Assembly (NCBI RefSeq): GCF_002113885.1
Contig: NW_018408902.1
Span: 1,078,550 to 1,142,549 of the forward strand
Origin: Mizuhopecten yessoensis
Taxonomy: Eukaryota
Direction of reading: 5' to 3'
DNA length: 64,000 nt
In this document: positions 36,601-48,878 of the stretch, in pieces
How positions within the stretch are numbered: position 1 is the stretch's first letter
Layout of the letters: every line of letters begins with the position of its first letter
Made by a program: the position numbers and the translations under genes
Notes under the pieces: model-generated
Seen by the model: only the letters and a program-made list of their open reading frames with translations
Told to the model about the DNA's origin: nothing
Database searches by the model: none

Positions 36601-39600
36601 TAGGGACGTTAAACCTCCAGGACAACAGTTTGTGTTAGGAAGGGTCGGGACAAACTAATACATACCCAGAATAGGGGTTAGGGACGTTAAACCTCCAGGA
36701 CAACAGTTTGTGTGGATGCCATTCAAACTCATCATGAGTCAGCTGGCCATACATCTTCATCTCTGCAGCCTTCATCTGGTCAGTCTTTTCTCTCTAGTAG
36801 CAAAATCAGAATGGTGTCAATATTTAATACATTTATAAAAGTATTTTGTTTTTATATTGTATTTAAGTATTGGATGACAAAATTAAGCAATTTGAACAGT
36901 CCTTGTCAATACAATACATTTCCAAAATTGGTAGGAAATTACGCATTATTATCAGCTTTCATTGAGTACAGACATTTGAGGTTTGACCTCTAATTTTGAC
37001 CTTGACCTTGACCTTGACCTAAACATAATTAACAATTCACTGACCCCTTCATCCCTGGGAACATCCACTGTGTCAGTGCTATCATCGTACTTGGCAGTTG
37101 TGAAACGTGAAGCCATCATTCCTGGGAGAGGTTTATACAGCTTTGAAGCACGGATAAATTCTTCCTTCTCCCGACCTCGGTCCCACTCAGTCATGTGACC
37201 ACTGGTCACCTCCTCGTAAGCATCTATACAAACAATTCCAGCAAACCTTGAGTAATGAATATTTCCAATTTTCATAAACATACATTTTAACTATGGTAAA
37301 ACAGAGATTATAAGAATGCATGCAATATTAGTTATGAAAAGATTTACAAATCATACAGTACATCGCCATTACTGGCCATGTTAACTTTTACAACTAAGTG
37401 TGACTATTTCATAATAAATTTATAATAGCAGATCTTGCTTCAATAAATGTACAATATTACAACTTGTGCATTTTACAGTTTTATAGACCATTTCCAGAAA
37501 TAAATGGATGGTCAACTATCTAGTGAAATGACTGTAGGTAAATCGTCAATATCAGGGTTTATTCGTATCAAGACACAGATGCCATCATTTTACTTTCCCG
37601 TTTGACAGATGTAACAGCTAGAACATCTTTTCATGTATGATAGAACTTAATCAGGGCTTAAATTTTTGACATCTTACTTGTACATTATTCAGATGTAATC
37701 ATATCTTCATTTTCACAGATTCTATTTATTCATTAGAATCATATCTGAACATTTTCTTTAACTACAGGTGCTAATTAATGGAATTTTGTCTAAATTGACT
37801 GTAGCCAATATTATATTTACTGTAAGGTAATTTGACATCACATACCTGGTTTTCCTAGTTTTTTTATAGCAAGATACTTGTCATAGCGTTCCTGTTTAGC
37901 TAGATCTCTGGCAAAAGGCTTAAAACCAATATTTCCCCCTTGAAATGGCTGATGTGAACTTGCTGGGTCCGTAAGTGAACCTTCTGCTGATCCTGCCTCG
38001 TTCTGGCTTGACCTTACAGGGTCATTTTGTGGACTTTTCTGTGGACCTGTATGGCTTTGGAAACTGATTGAAGAAGGGTTATTGGTAAGCCCTTGATTAG
38101 GGTGTGCAACATCTGAGGAGGTGGAAGTCGTCCCTCGATCAGGACACTGAGTGGTGGACTTCATTGTGTCCATCTTCGCTCTATCCTTAGTTGAAATCAG
38201 GTCAAACACTGAACCTATTAAAAAAGATCATATGACATGGCTCACTTCAGCGTAATAGAATTGTACCACATTATATGTAATATCTATAACAGCCATTGTA
38301 ATGTCATAAGTAACATTCAGATAAATTCACAATCTGAAACAAAATGTTTTTTCTTCTTAATTTTGTTAATTTCTCTGAAACTCACATAACACAAAATTGA
38401 CATGCAATTTCATACTGTGCAACTAAATTGTTAAACTGTGTATAATTTCATCTTTGTTTTATGTTTATTTGAAAGTGATTTATCCCCCTGTAGTTGTTCA
38501 ACAGTGAATTTGCCAGTCATTATTTACAAGTTAAACTGTGGTGACTTGTGTCTCATATTAAGATAATAGGTAAACAGAGAAACACAAAGTTGGGATCTTA
38601 CTAAAGACACTTGCAAATTGCAATACATCAAAGTTTTAGTGACAAAATGTTGGACTAGAGAATAATGATAGCCTATTTTTGTATTGCCAACCAATTTCAC
38701 AAAAAGTTCTGTAAGTGTTTAATTATGTCACATATTCAACTGTCCAACTACCATATAAGGTAATATAAGGTAAGGACCTAATGTACTGTTCCAGAGTCTG
38801 TGTATGGTTCAACTGTCAAACTACCATATAAGGTAATATAAGGTAAGGACCTAATGTACAGTCCCAGAGTCTGTGTATGGTTCAACTGTCCAACTACCAT
38901 ATAAGGTAATATAAGGTAAGGACCTAATGTACTGTTCCAGTCTGTGTATGGTTCAACTGTCCAACTACATAAGGTAAGGACCTAATGTACTGTTCCAGAG
39001 TCTGTGTATGGTTCAACTGTCAAACTACCATATAAGGTAATATAAGGTAAGGACCTAATGTACTGTTCCAGAGTCTATGTATGTTTCAACTGTCCAACTA
39101 CCATATAAGGCAATATAAGGTAAGGACCTAATGTACTGTTCCAGTCTGTGTAAGGTTCAACTGTCCAACTACATAAGGTAAGGACCTAATGTCCTGTTCC
39201 AGAGTCTGTGTATGGTTTAACTGTCCAACTGCCATATAAGGTAATATAAGGTAAGGACCTAATGTACAGTCCCAGAGTCTGTGTATGGCTCAACTGTCCA
39301 ACTACCATATAAGGTAATATAAGGGAAGGACCTAATGTACTGTTCCAGAGTCTGTGTATGGTTCAACTGTCAAACTACCATATAAGGTAATATAAGGTAA
39401 GGACCAATGTACTGTTCCAGAGTCTGTGTATGGTTTAACTGTCCAACTGCCATATAAGGTAATATAAGGTAAGGACCTAATGCACAGTCCCAGAGTCTGT
39501 GTATGGTTCAACTGTCCATCTACCATATAAGGTAATATAAGGTAAGGACCTAATGTACAGTCCCAGAGTCTGTGTATGGCTCAACTGTCCAACTACCATA

Positions 39601-42600
39601 TAAGGTAATATAAGGTAAGGACGTAATGTACTGTTCCAGAGTCTGTGTATGTTTCAACTGTACAACTACCATATAAGGTAATATAAGGTAAGGACCAATG
39701 TACTGTTCCAGAGTCTGTGTATGGTTTAACTGTCCAACTGCCATATAAGGTAATATAAGGTAAGGACCTAATGTCCTGTTCCAGAGTCTGTGTATGGTTT
39801 AACTGTCCAACTGCCATATAAGGTAATATAAGGTAAGGACCTAATGTACTGTTCCAGTCTGTGTATGGTTCAACTGTCCAACTTCATAAGGTAAGGACCT
39901 AATGTACTGTTCCAGAGTCTATGTATGTTTCAACTGTCCAACTACCATATAAGGCAATATAAGGTAAGGACCTAATGTACTGTTCCAGAGCCTATGTATG
40001 TTTCAACTGTCCAACTACCATATAAGGCAATATAAGGTAAGGACCTAATGTACTGTTCCAGAGTCTGTGTATGGTTTAACTGTCCAACTGCCATATAAGG
40101 TAATATAAGGTAAGGACCTAATGCACAGTCCCAGAGTCTGTGTATGGTTCAACTGTCCAACTACATAAGGTAAGGACCTAATGTACTGTTCCAGAGTCTG
40201 TGTATGGTTTACTAGAGAGGTCAACTGGGAACACATACTTTTCATTTTGATGTTGAAAAATGAGGACCGTAGCAATCCAGTATTTTTTTTACCTAAACTT
40301 TACAACAGCCTGTTCCTCTATGAATTGGGAAAATATTGGATTACATCTATTGAAATTGGGAATATATTTTCAATTTTTTGGTCATTTTGGGAAAATAAGG
40401 CACTTTTTAGCTAGGTAAACAGCCTGTATTTGGCTGTAAAACTGAATAAAAAAATCACTGCAATCCAACATGAAACTTTCAGATATTAACATGCTATTGA
40501 AATAACAATTTTCTAACCATTGGTGAACAGCGAAACACATCTTCTCATATATTGTAGTATACCACTTTGGATATGATTGTCAAATTCAGATAATTCAAAT
40601 TTCTATTTCCTAGTTTAAAAGTTTTCTAGTTCCTATAGCTACTGACTGGGGGTTTACTGTTGTGTAACAAATATTATACTTATATTTGTGACAATGCTTC
40701 AAATGAGAAAAGTAAACAATTACGGGTATATACCTGTCTAAACATTCACAATATATTTTAGAATACAGGTAATATACAGCAAGCAGTAAACAAGGAGCCA
40801 TTTGTAAATACTGTATGCCAGGAAATGTGTTTCCCTCTGTAATAAGGGCAAATTTATCATAACAACAAACAATAGTAATCAATATACAAATGTAGTAAAT
40901 ATAATAATCAAATTTGAAAGGTGAAATTATTTGTTTGTTTGTTTGTTTGATTTTGTTTAACGTCCTATTAACAGCTAAGGTCATTTAAGGACGGCCTCCC
41001 CTGTGTGCAAGATGCATGCGTGTAGTGTATGTGTGTGTATTTTGGGAGGCTGCGATATGTTCGTGTTTGTCTTCTTGTAATAGCGCGGAACTGATGCCGA
41101 CTTTATAGTGCTACCTCACTGAAACATACTGCTGAAGACACCCAGCAGGACGCCCCACCCGGTCACATTATTCTGTCAACGGGCGAACCAGTCGTCCCAC
41201 TCCTAATTTGGAATATGGATTTTACTGACGAAGGGTGAACATTGGACTAGGCAATATATTGTTGACTTTCCTTTTCAATAATGCTAAACTGACCAGTAAG
41301 TGGTGACTCGCCAAGCGTCAGTGCCCTAGTCACAGCATCCATCTTAGTTTTCTGACGGTCACTTTGTCCCTGTAAAGCTGGAGGTGCCTGACGAAGGTGT
41401 TCATTGATAGACTGTGATGTCTGTTGGAACTTGTGTATCGGTCTGAAGTCCTTCGGAATGTTGGGAGGACCAAAACCTCTCTTTGCCTTCAACTTTTTAG
41501 TGGACAGTGTGAAACCTTCTAAAACCTTCCCAAGGTAACCCACAGGGGTTGTCTGTTTACCTGGAGCAAAGATTGACAAAAGTTGTCTCAATGTTACAAT
41601 AGTTTATTACATACTTACTAATAAGTTTTTTGTTTGTGCAATACGACACAGTTGCTCTAACCCATATCAGCCTTTGCCGTATCACACCCCAAAACCTGTA
41701 TCAGCCTTTGCCATATCACACCCCAAAACCTGCATCAGCCCTCTCCATATCAACCCTCAAAACCTGTATCACACTCCTTGGGAAAACTTTTTCGTTTTTC
41801 AATATTTCAAAAGAAAATTAGATCATAACATAGTAGATCTATCCGTATTATATTAGTACATATGTAATTAACACAAGGAAACATGCCTGTTTCCATAGCT
41901 CACCCAGTATCAACCATCGACCAATATCCGCCCTCGGACCGAGTCTCGGGCTGATACTGAGTGTGATATGGTGAAAGGCTTGTATTATTCTCTATATTTG
42001 CTAATTCACATAACTACAGTATTACCTTATGATACATTTACATTATCAAGCTGGAGTTTAATGTAATCACCTGTAAAAATGTTGTTTGGTGTTCTGTCAA
42101 TTAGATGTTTATACTCTGATTGCTCTAATACATATTCTTATCAAAGAAATGAGTTACCTCCCTTGCTCCTTCCTGGTGCAGTCCAGCCAAACAGATCTTC
42201 CTTGCCTTCGTCTATGTCCATGGTGATGTCGTAGTTTGATAAATGATCTGTAGCATAAATGTCCTCATCCTCCTCCTCTAGGGCACCCACTCCAAATGCC
42301 TATAAAATTGTCAAAAATTATGTTATTAATAAAGGCAAAATCAGGAAAAAACATTCTGGCATGTTGAACTGATCCACACATACAGTATAGACTTCAGAAT
42401 GCCAAACTTTTGCAGGTCACCATCCCTTCATTTAGATCGACGTGAGGTAGACATCCTATGAATGACATACTTTGGGAATTTTGAGTAATTGTGACATCAT
42501 TGAAACAATAGGTGATGTCAATACTCTGTGTGATAAAGCAGTTGATGTTATGTTTAAACTAGATACCGTAGAACCTCTTCAAGCATTCACCTCTAGGTAG

Positions 42601-45600
42601 CATCATATCAGAATATGTAATATATCCACTAATTTGTATTAACCCTACACTGCAGAATACAGGCTAACTTACATGTCCTCTCATGCCACCAGTTTTGGAG
42701 GTTCTTGGGGGCCCACTTAGATTAATATGGGTTGAGGGCAAGGCCACCCTGGGGTCAAGGCCCCTGTAACCAAGTCCATGTTCATTGTCCTTAGCAACAA
42801 AGGAAATGGATGTGGTGTCCTTTGGGGCAAAAGTTACATCTTCTGGAAATTCATTTTCACTTTCTCCAGAGCCCTGCAAATATAGAATCAGTATCTTGGT
42901 AAATTCTGAGGCTTCAGACATTAAATAAACAGAGAACAGGTTCAATGTTAAAGCCTTAAAATTAATACAGACTTAAATGTGTGTCAGGCCAGTTCTTAAA
43001 ACTTGCATCTCTGTTTTGAATCAGGTGATAATGTTTTTTTTATTAAATGTTCAATAGACTTGTAAAATTAGGATTTTATATTCACTTTATGCCAGGAAAA
43101 GGAGAACAATTCATTTTCATGGAATGTAGAATAATTCAACTTCTTATTCCAATATTGAAAATAATATACATATAAAAAAATCCTAATTTTAAGAAGAATG
43201 AAAAGTTTGTGAAAGGGCAATGTAAACTGAATCTAAATAATCGGGAAATATGTGGAACATTTGCAACTGATGTATATTTTCATTTTTATCCTATTGAGTC
43301 ATGCAATATATAGCCAGGAGATGCCATGTATATGTCATACTTTGTATGCCAGATACCAGAAATACTGAATGTGCAGGCTTGCAATATTGTAAATAAAAAC
43401 TGAGTGTTGAATATGTGGTTATCCAAACTTACACTGTCCTGACCAGCAGATGAACCAAGAGGAGGAGCACAGCCATATGTCTTGTTAGCAATCCCTGTGT
43501 GAAGTAATGGTGAATCATCAATATCAATGTACTCATTAACTCTAAACATTTTGGTTTGAGTATACATCGGAACGGTGTTAAAACATTTTTTGTATTGCAT
43601 TTTAAGCAATGAAATATAACCTCAATATATTTTTAAAATGCCTAAAGGGTTCGAAGTACATTTCAGTAGATTACATTGCCATTCAACATATGAAGTCTTA
43701 CTGAACACATGTTTGGAGCGAACTGTCCGTTTTTTCTGTCTTCGCTCACGAGGGCCTAGTCCTTGACCTTCCTTCCATCCAAGTTTTCTCAAAAGTCGAA
43801 TACCAATAGTCAACCTACAAAACATAAAAGCAACATAGAGTTATAAATTCACCAAACTTCAAACTATATCATTGATAGTTCCTCTTTGCCACAGTAAAAA
43901 TGCTCTATCTCACACAGCACACTGTAGCTTTGTCGCTGTCAAGCACACATCACACTAAAGCTCTTCAGCCACTAACAAACAATACTTTTCTCAAACAGTA
44001 CACTTGGACTCAGCCACGGTTAAATACTTTAAAACACAGCTAACCTAGACTGGTTGTAGTGTGGTGTTACACTAAAATGTGTCTTACCTTTCTGGTGTTA
44101 TAAGGTCGGTAAGGGCAGGTTCTCCACTGAACAGTGTCCCAGATGTCATCACATTGACCTCATCTAGCTGTCGTTTTCTCCTCTCTTGTGATCCAAATTT
44201 CCCTGCAGTCACCAGCTTTCGTGGGGCTATACCATATTCCCCAAAGTCCTGGTATGAACATCATCAGTACATGTATTACAATGAAAACAAGCATTAAACA
44301 AAGCTACTATTTTTCTAAGTTTTATCAAAGCTGCCAGTATGTATTCTATTGGAGATATTTTATAGAGACGGGGGGTGTGTGTGTGTGTGTGTTAAATGAT
44401 AATACATTTGAAGGGTTGGGTCTATTTATATCTATTTGGTGTTGTCACAAAACAATCTGTGGGCCCATATGTCCATTTTTGTAAGAGTCCTTCGTAAAAT
44501 ATATGTGTTCTTTTATGTATTGAGAATTTTAATTAATTAAATAACTTGTGAGTGCACAAAAAGTTACAATAATATAATGTGATACATGTACCAAAAATGC
44601 AAGCTGTTTATTTGACCTCATGACAAATAATAAACAAAGCTAAAGTTAAATCTGGCCTTCCACCAAAGTGCTACATTTACCTCTTCATCCATGAAGTCCT
44701 CCGGCCTTTGTGCGTGGTCCTCATCCTCAGGATTCTTGATCCGGGATGACACAAATGTTGAGGGTCTGAAACCTGGACAGAACAACATCAAGTGGATTAT
44801 ACTCTAGACCATGCTAGTCTGATATAGGCTATGATAGGTATACGAGATGAATCTGCTGTTTAAATAATAAATTACACCAAGTGACTTATTATACCACTGC
44901 TTATACCACTATGCATATCTTTGTTTGCATGAATTTAAAGGTTACTTCCACATCTAATGATCCTCAGCTTTCACTTAGACTAAGAAAGGCCAACATGAAC
45001 AACATTTTATGGGGAAATTGTTGTCTGACTGGAAGTGCATGTGGTTAAGATTATGAGGTCCTGACAACTTACCCTCCTTGGAGCCCACAGAGTTGAAGTG
45101 TCCGGCAGAGAACCCTCCTGTAAAGGCTCCATGGAACCTAGGACGCCCTCTGCTGTCCTTGGCTGCCTGTTCCTGGGCGAACACCAGCTTCTTTCTAGAC
45201 TCATCTGAGGCAGCAAATACTCAAGATCAAAATTTAGAAAATGCTGAATAACAACAGAACATAGTAAATTGAAATCTCAGTTAGGTACTTAAAGCTATAT
45301 TTTTATCTGTTCCAGTGATTTGTATGTTTGTTCTGACAGCATTAAATAAATTAGAGCTTGTATCACGGACACCCACAAAGGGACCTTGGCACAATAATTT
45401 CCTAAACTGTTGGAAGGATGACATCTTCTCAGAGGGGTAACAGCTATAAAACTGCTAGTTACTGACTCTGATTACTGAAATTTTCCTTTGAGCTCCATCA
45501 GCATTGCAAATAATGCACTTATAATATGAGTCAGGTGGTTAAACTCCTAAGAGAAACACATGGAAAAATTGGGGTTCGACCATTTCGGCACCCAGCTCTT

Positions 45601-48556
45601 TTGGTACTAGGAGAAAATGTTTTGGTACTTACCAAATAGGTATTTCTTTATTTTGAGGAGATGTTTTGGCACTTGGTTTCAATACTTAATTTTAGGGCCG
45701 AGTACCTCAAATAGTAAATGACTATCTACTGGGTAAAAGTACCATAACTTTAAAAATCTATAAACATTTTACTGTGTATAAAATATATCCTCATCCCAAT
45801 GTGGGTTCAGTGGAGGTTTTGCAGGCATGCCAACATTGACAAACTAAGCTTTTGCTACTGCAGTTTACATCATAGTGGTAGTAGTAGTAGTAGTAACTCC
45901 CTCCTCTTGTAGGAGAACCAGCTCGTGAAGCTGTATGTTGGTTCTGAAGCCAGATACACTATACTTGAATGGCGGTTAGAAGCTGTATAGCTGAAGTGGG
46001 AGACATATATGTACCCTATATAAGTCTGTGTTGCAGTGTTTGCTGAGTAGTCTATGGGAAAGTATAGCTTAATCAAGGATCATTGTAGACTAAGTTTGGG
46101 TGAACTATAATGTGAAGAGAGACAGACAGTTTAAACAACCTATATCTCAGTTATTATGTACAGGGTTAATTAGAACTAACTACCAGTATATGTACATATG
46201 TGCATCGAGTGAGTGGAGATACGTATATACAGAAATAGCCATTATTACTGGTAAAAAGTCTCTTGAAGCATTAAATGGCAGAGGTCAGGCACAAGTCTAA
46301 ATACACCCTCCAGTGGAAATGTCCAGCAAAGTACATTGACGCAGGTGTAGGGCATAACACGTATTTCTAGAAATGTTCTCTATCTTATACTCTGTTTCGT
46401 CGCCCTGTAGGGTAATATAAGAGCAAGGGGAGGGAACTCAAACTCAGTTTGGATCAGATGCATGTCTTATTTCTTAAAAACAGATGCATGTCTTATTTCT
46501 TATAAACATGGCTTTCGCAAATTTCGATCGTGCAAAAGTCAGTTGATCAAATTCATCGGCAACATATCCAGAAGCCTTGACGAAGGAAGCCAAAGTGATA
46601 TTCTCATCATGGACTTCGCCAAGGCTTTTGACAAAGTCAGCCATTCCCTACTCATCCACAAACTAAAGTATTATGGTGTAAAAGGAAGGGTAATAAACTG
46701 GATTGAGAATTTCCTTCTTGGCAGAAAGCAATCTGCAGTTGTGGAGGGGGAAATGTCTGACTTCGTCAACATCCATTCTGGTGTGCCCCAGGGATCGGTC
46801 CTTGGACCAAGTTTATTTCTTTATTTCATGAACGACATCCCTGTGGGCCTAAACGCTACCATCCACTTGCAATTGTTCGCAGACGACACTATCGCTTTTC
46901 TAGTTGTCAAGTATAACAGTGATGCTGAAACTCTACAGCAAGACTTGGACAAACTGGTGCTCTGGGAAAAGGCATGGAAGATGGCCTTCCACCCGAGCAA
47001 GTGTAATGTGTTGTCTGTGAACAAGGGGAAAACCCCATTATCCATAATTACATCCTCCATGGGCATATGCTCGAACATGTAGACCAAGCAAAATACCTGG
47101 GTGTTACAATCCAATCTAACTTAAAATGGGACTCCCACATAAATATTATTACCAACAAAGCAAATTCAACACTTGGCTTCCTCCGTCAAAACTTAAAAAT
47201 AGGTTCAACATCAGTTAAGGCACAGGCATACAAATCATTAGTCCGTCCATCCCTAGAGTATGCCTGTCCTGTTTGGGACCCATACACCCAGGATAACATC
47301 AATAAGATTGAAATGGTACAACGCAGGGCTGCTCGTTACATACAAAAACGTCTACACTCATAGAACATCCAGTGCCTCCAATATGTTGAACCATCTTAAA
47401 TGGTGTTCCCTTGCCGACAGACGCAGAAACACAAGCCTATGTATGATGTTCAAAATTGTGAACAATTAGGAAGCTATTAGTAAACACACTAGACTTATAC
47501 CAGCAACCAGGCAATCAAGGCATGCCCATCACCAATCCTTCCAAATACCACCCTGCAGAACCCAGGTCAGAAAACAATCCTTCTTTCCCAGGTCAATATC
47601 TGAGTGGAATAAGATCCCACCAGATATCATATCCTCCTGTTCTACTACTGAATCTTTTAAATCTGCTCTCCTGTCACTGTACCCTCAAAATTAAATTTAT
47701 ATACATGTATATATCATTTTGGCTTTCTCGGAATCGACTAAATCTCTTTCTCCCTCATGACATTATCTTCAACTTGTTGAAGTTGGTCATTACCATTTAG
47801 AAGTATGAGTAAAACATGCGTAATACGCAAACTCGCCTATTATATGCCAGTTGGAGTATGGATTTGTTACGAAAAATAACCCAAATCGCTTTAACAGTAA
47901 CTTTGGCAAGATATTATTAAAAAAATCGCATTAATTTACGACAAGGTAAATAATATTTTGCTAAAAGATGTTTACTGAAAGTGTTGGCTACTTAAAAACT
48001 TGATGTAACTTTACCGAAAGTATTGCATCTATTTTTGGTACTTTCCCACATGCAAATAAAGTTTATTTTTGCATTTGTATTATGTTTTATGACTGATTAA
48101 TGCGATTTGGACAAAAAAAATGAAAAATTTAAGATTAAAGTGATTTTGGCTTTTTTTAGTAACAAACAAATCCATACCCATTATCCCATAGGCGAGTTTG
48201 CGTATTATACGTGAGTGGTTTTCCCCGACCTGCCCATAGGCCTATTGTTTATAACAACCTTTTAGAAATACTGAGTGACACATCTAAAAACAAGTACTGA
48301 AACATCGCGGAACCGAAACGACCCGAGTACCGAAACGTCTGTACACCGTTTACTGTACGGTAAACGGCACACACAAATACCCATTTCCTGATTAGATGTA
48401 ACATTGACTAACAAAAAGAAATATGCAGTCTCATTCCAAATTTACTTAAATGCAATTTTCTCCAATTTACTTTCACTGACCTTCGTTAATTTGTTCTAAA
48501 GCATTGCCCAAAGAGACAAACGAATCTTCTTCATCCGAATCCATGGAGGCGGCCAT
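30697..48556 (-). CDS. GPATCH1: G patch domain-containing protein 1, 19 coding exons, ~962 aa
   Basis: Exons 48556-48481, 45204-45073, 44772-44681, 44248-44088, 43814-43702, 43494-43433, 42873-42673, 42299-42158, 41560-41294, 38214-37846, 37223-37045, 36793-36666, 35059-34914, 34542-34364, 33907-33745, 33112-32954, 32682-32546, 32074-31944, 30748-30697, all GT-AG and phase-compatible; motifs [45 protein letters not shown]-patch [69 protein letters not shown]-rich tail. A few C-terminal boundaries are less certain. Confidence 0.93.
36345..36712 (-). repeat. 78-bp tandem array copying the GPATCH1 exon-12 3' end and donor
   Basis: ACAG(T/G)TTGTG recurs at 36391, 36469, 36547, 36625, 36703. Confidence 0.95.
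38735..40210. repeat. ~73-bp minisatellite in GPATCH1 intron 9, ~20 copies
   Basis: TTCAACTGTCCAACTACCATATAAGGTAATATAAGGTAAGGACCTAATGTACTGTTCCAGAGTCTGTGTATGG with shorter variants. Confidence 0.97.
40930..41204 (-). mobile_element. 5'-truncated SINE (V-domain-like core, (CAAA)n tail)
   Basis: Minus strand GACTGGTTCGCCCG...ATAATGTGACCGGGTGGGG...TTCAGTGAGGTAGCACTATAAAG core, then GCTGTTAATAGGACGTTAAAC and (AAAC)n; V-domain assignment is from recall of the consensus. Confidence 0.75.
41660..41995. mobile_element. Crypton-like terminal remnants (~35-bp repeats and hairpin)
   Basis: Tandem ATCAGCCTTTGCC.TATCACACCCCAAAACCTG, then CCCAGTATCAACC...GCCCTCGGACCGAGTCTCGGGCTGATACTG imperfect hairpin. 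Confidence 0.4.
46500..47680 (+). mobile_element. 5'-truncated LINE reverse-transcriptase fragment (CR1/RTE-X-like), antisense in GPATCH1 intron 1
   Basis: [68 protein letters not shown]; frameshift near 47040 and later stops. Confidence 0.9.
47815..48213. mobile_element. ~400-bp MITE with long imperfect TIRs
   Basis: TAATACGCAAACTCGCCTAT...GTATGGATTTGTTAC at left, GTAAC...AAATCCATAC...ATAGGCGAGTTTGCGTATTA at right; no clear TSD. Confidence 0.75.
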
Positions 48557-48878
48557 TCAATTAAGGTCCGCAGAAACGATTTATTAATGAATAAATAAAA
48601 ATATTATAGGTTAAATTAATGATGAGCGAAACATTTGATAAAAATAGAACGCTATAATATATAGATATAACTTTTTTAAAGAAAATATTTTAATTTAATC
48701 CAATGAAATATACAAATATGCGCAGCTCTGAAACCCACAATACGGAAAAGGTTATTGCGCATGCGGAAAGAATGACTTGGGTATCACCCAAAGTTGGAAT
48801 ACCTGCAATTTAATTTGACATTTCACGAACATCTGTGCTTGTCTTTTTGACGATGATACTTCTTTTCATACCACAGAG
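48557..48878. promoter_or_regulatory. Bidirectional promoter region GPATCH1/SOCS6
   Basis: 322 bp between divergent ATGs; NRF1-like TGCGCATGCG at 48756-48765 overlapping CGGAAA. Confidence 0.7.

Noticed and set aside
39332-40275. Repeated ORFs [12 protein letters not shown]...
   Set aside because: Translations of the 73-bp intronic minisatellite.
45570-48348. Possible large TIR element enclosing the LINE (TTTCGGCACC... and ...GTACCGAAACG repeats)
   Set aside because: Ends are too degenerate to pair and no TSD is identifiable.
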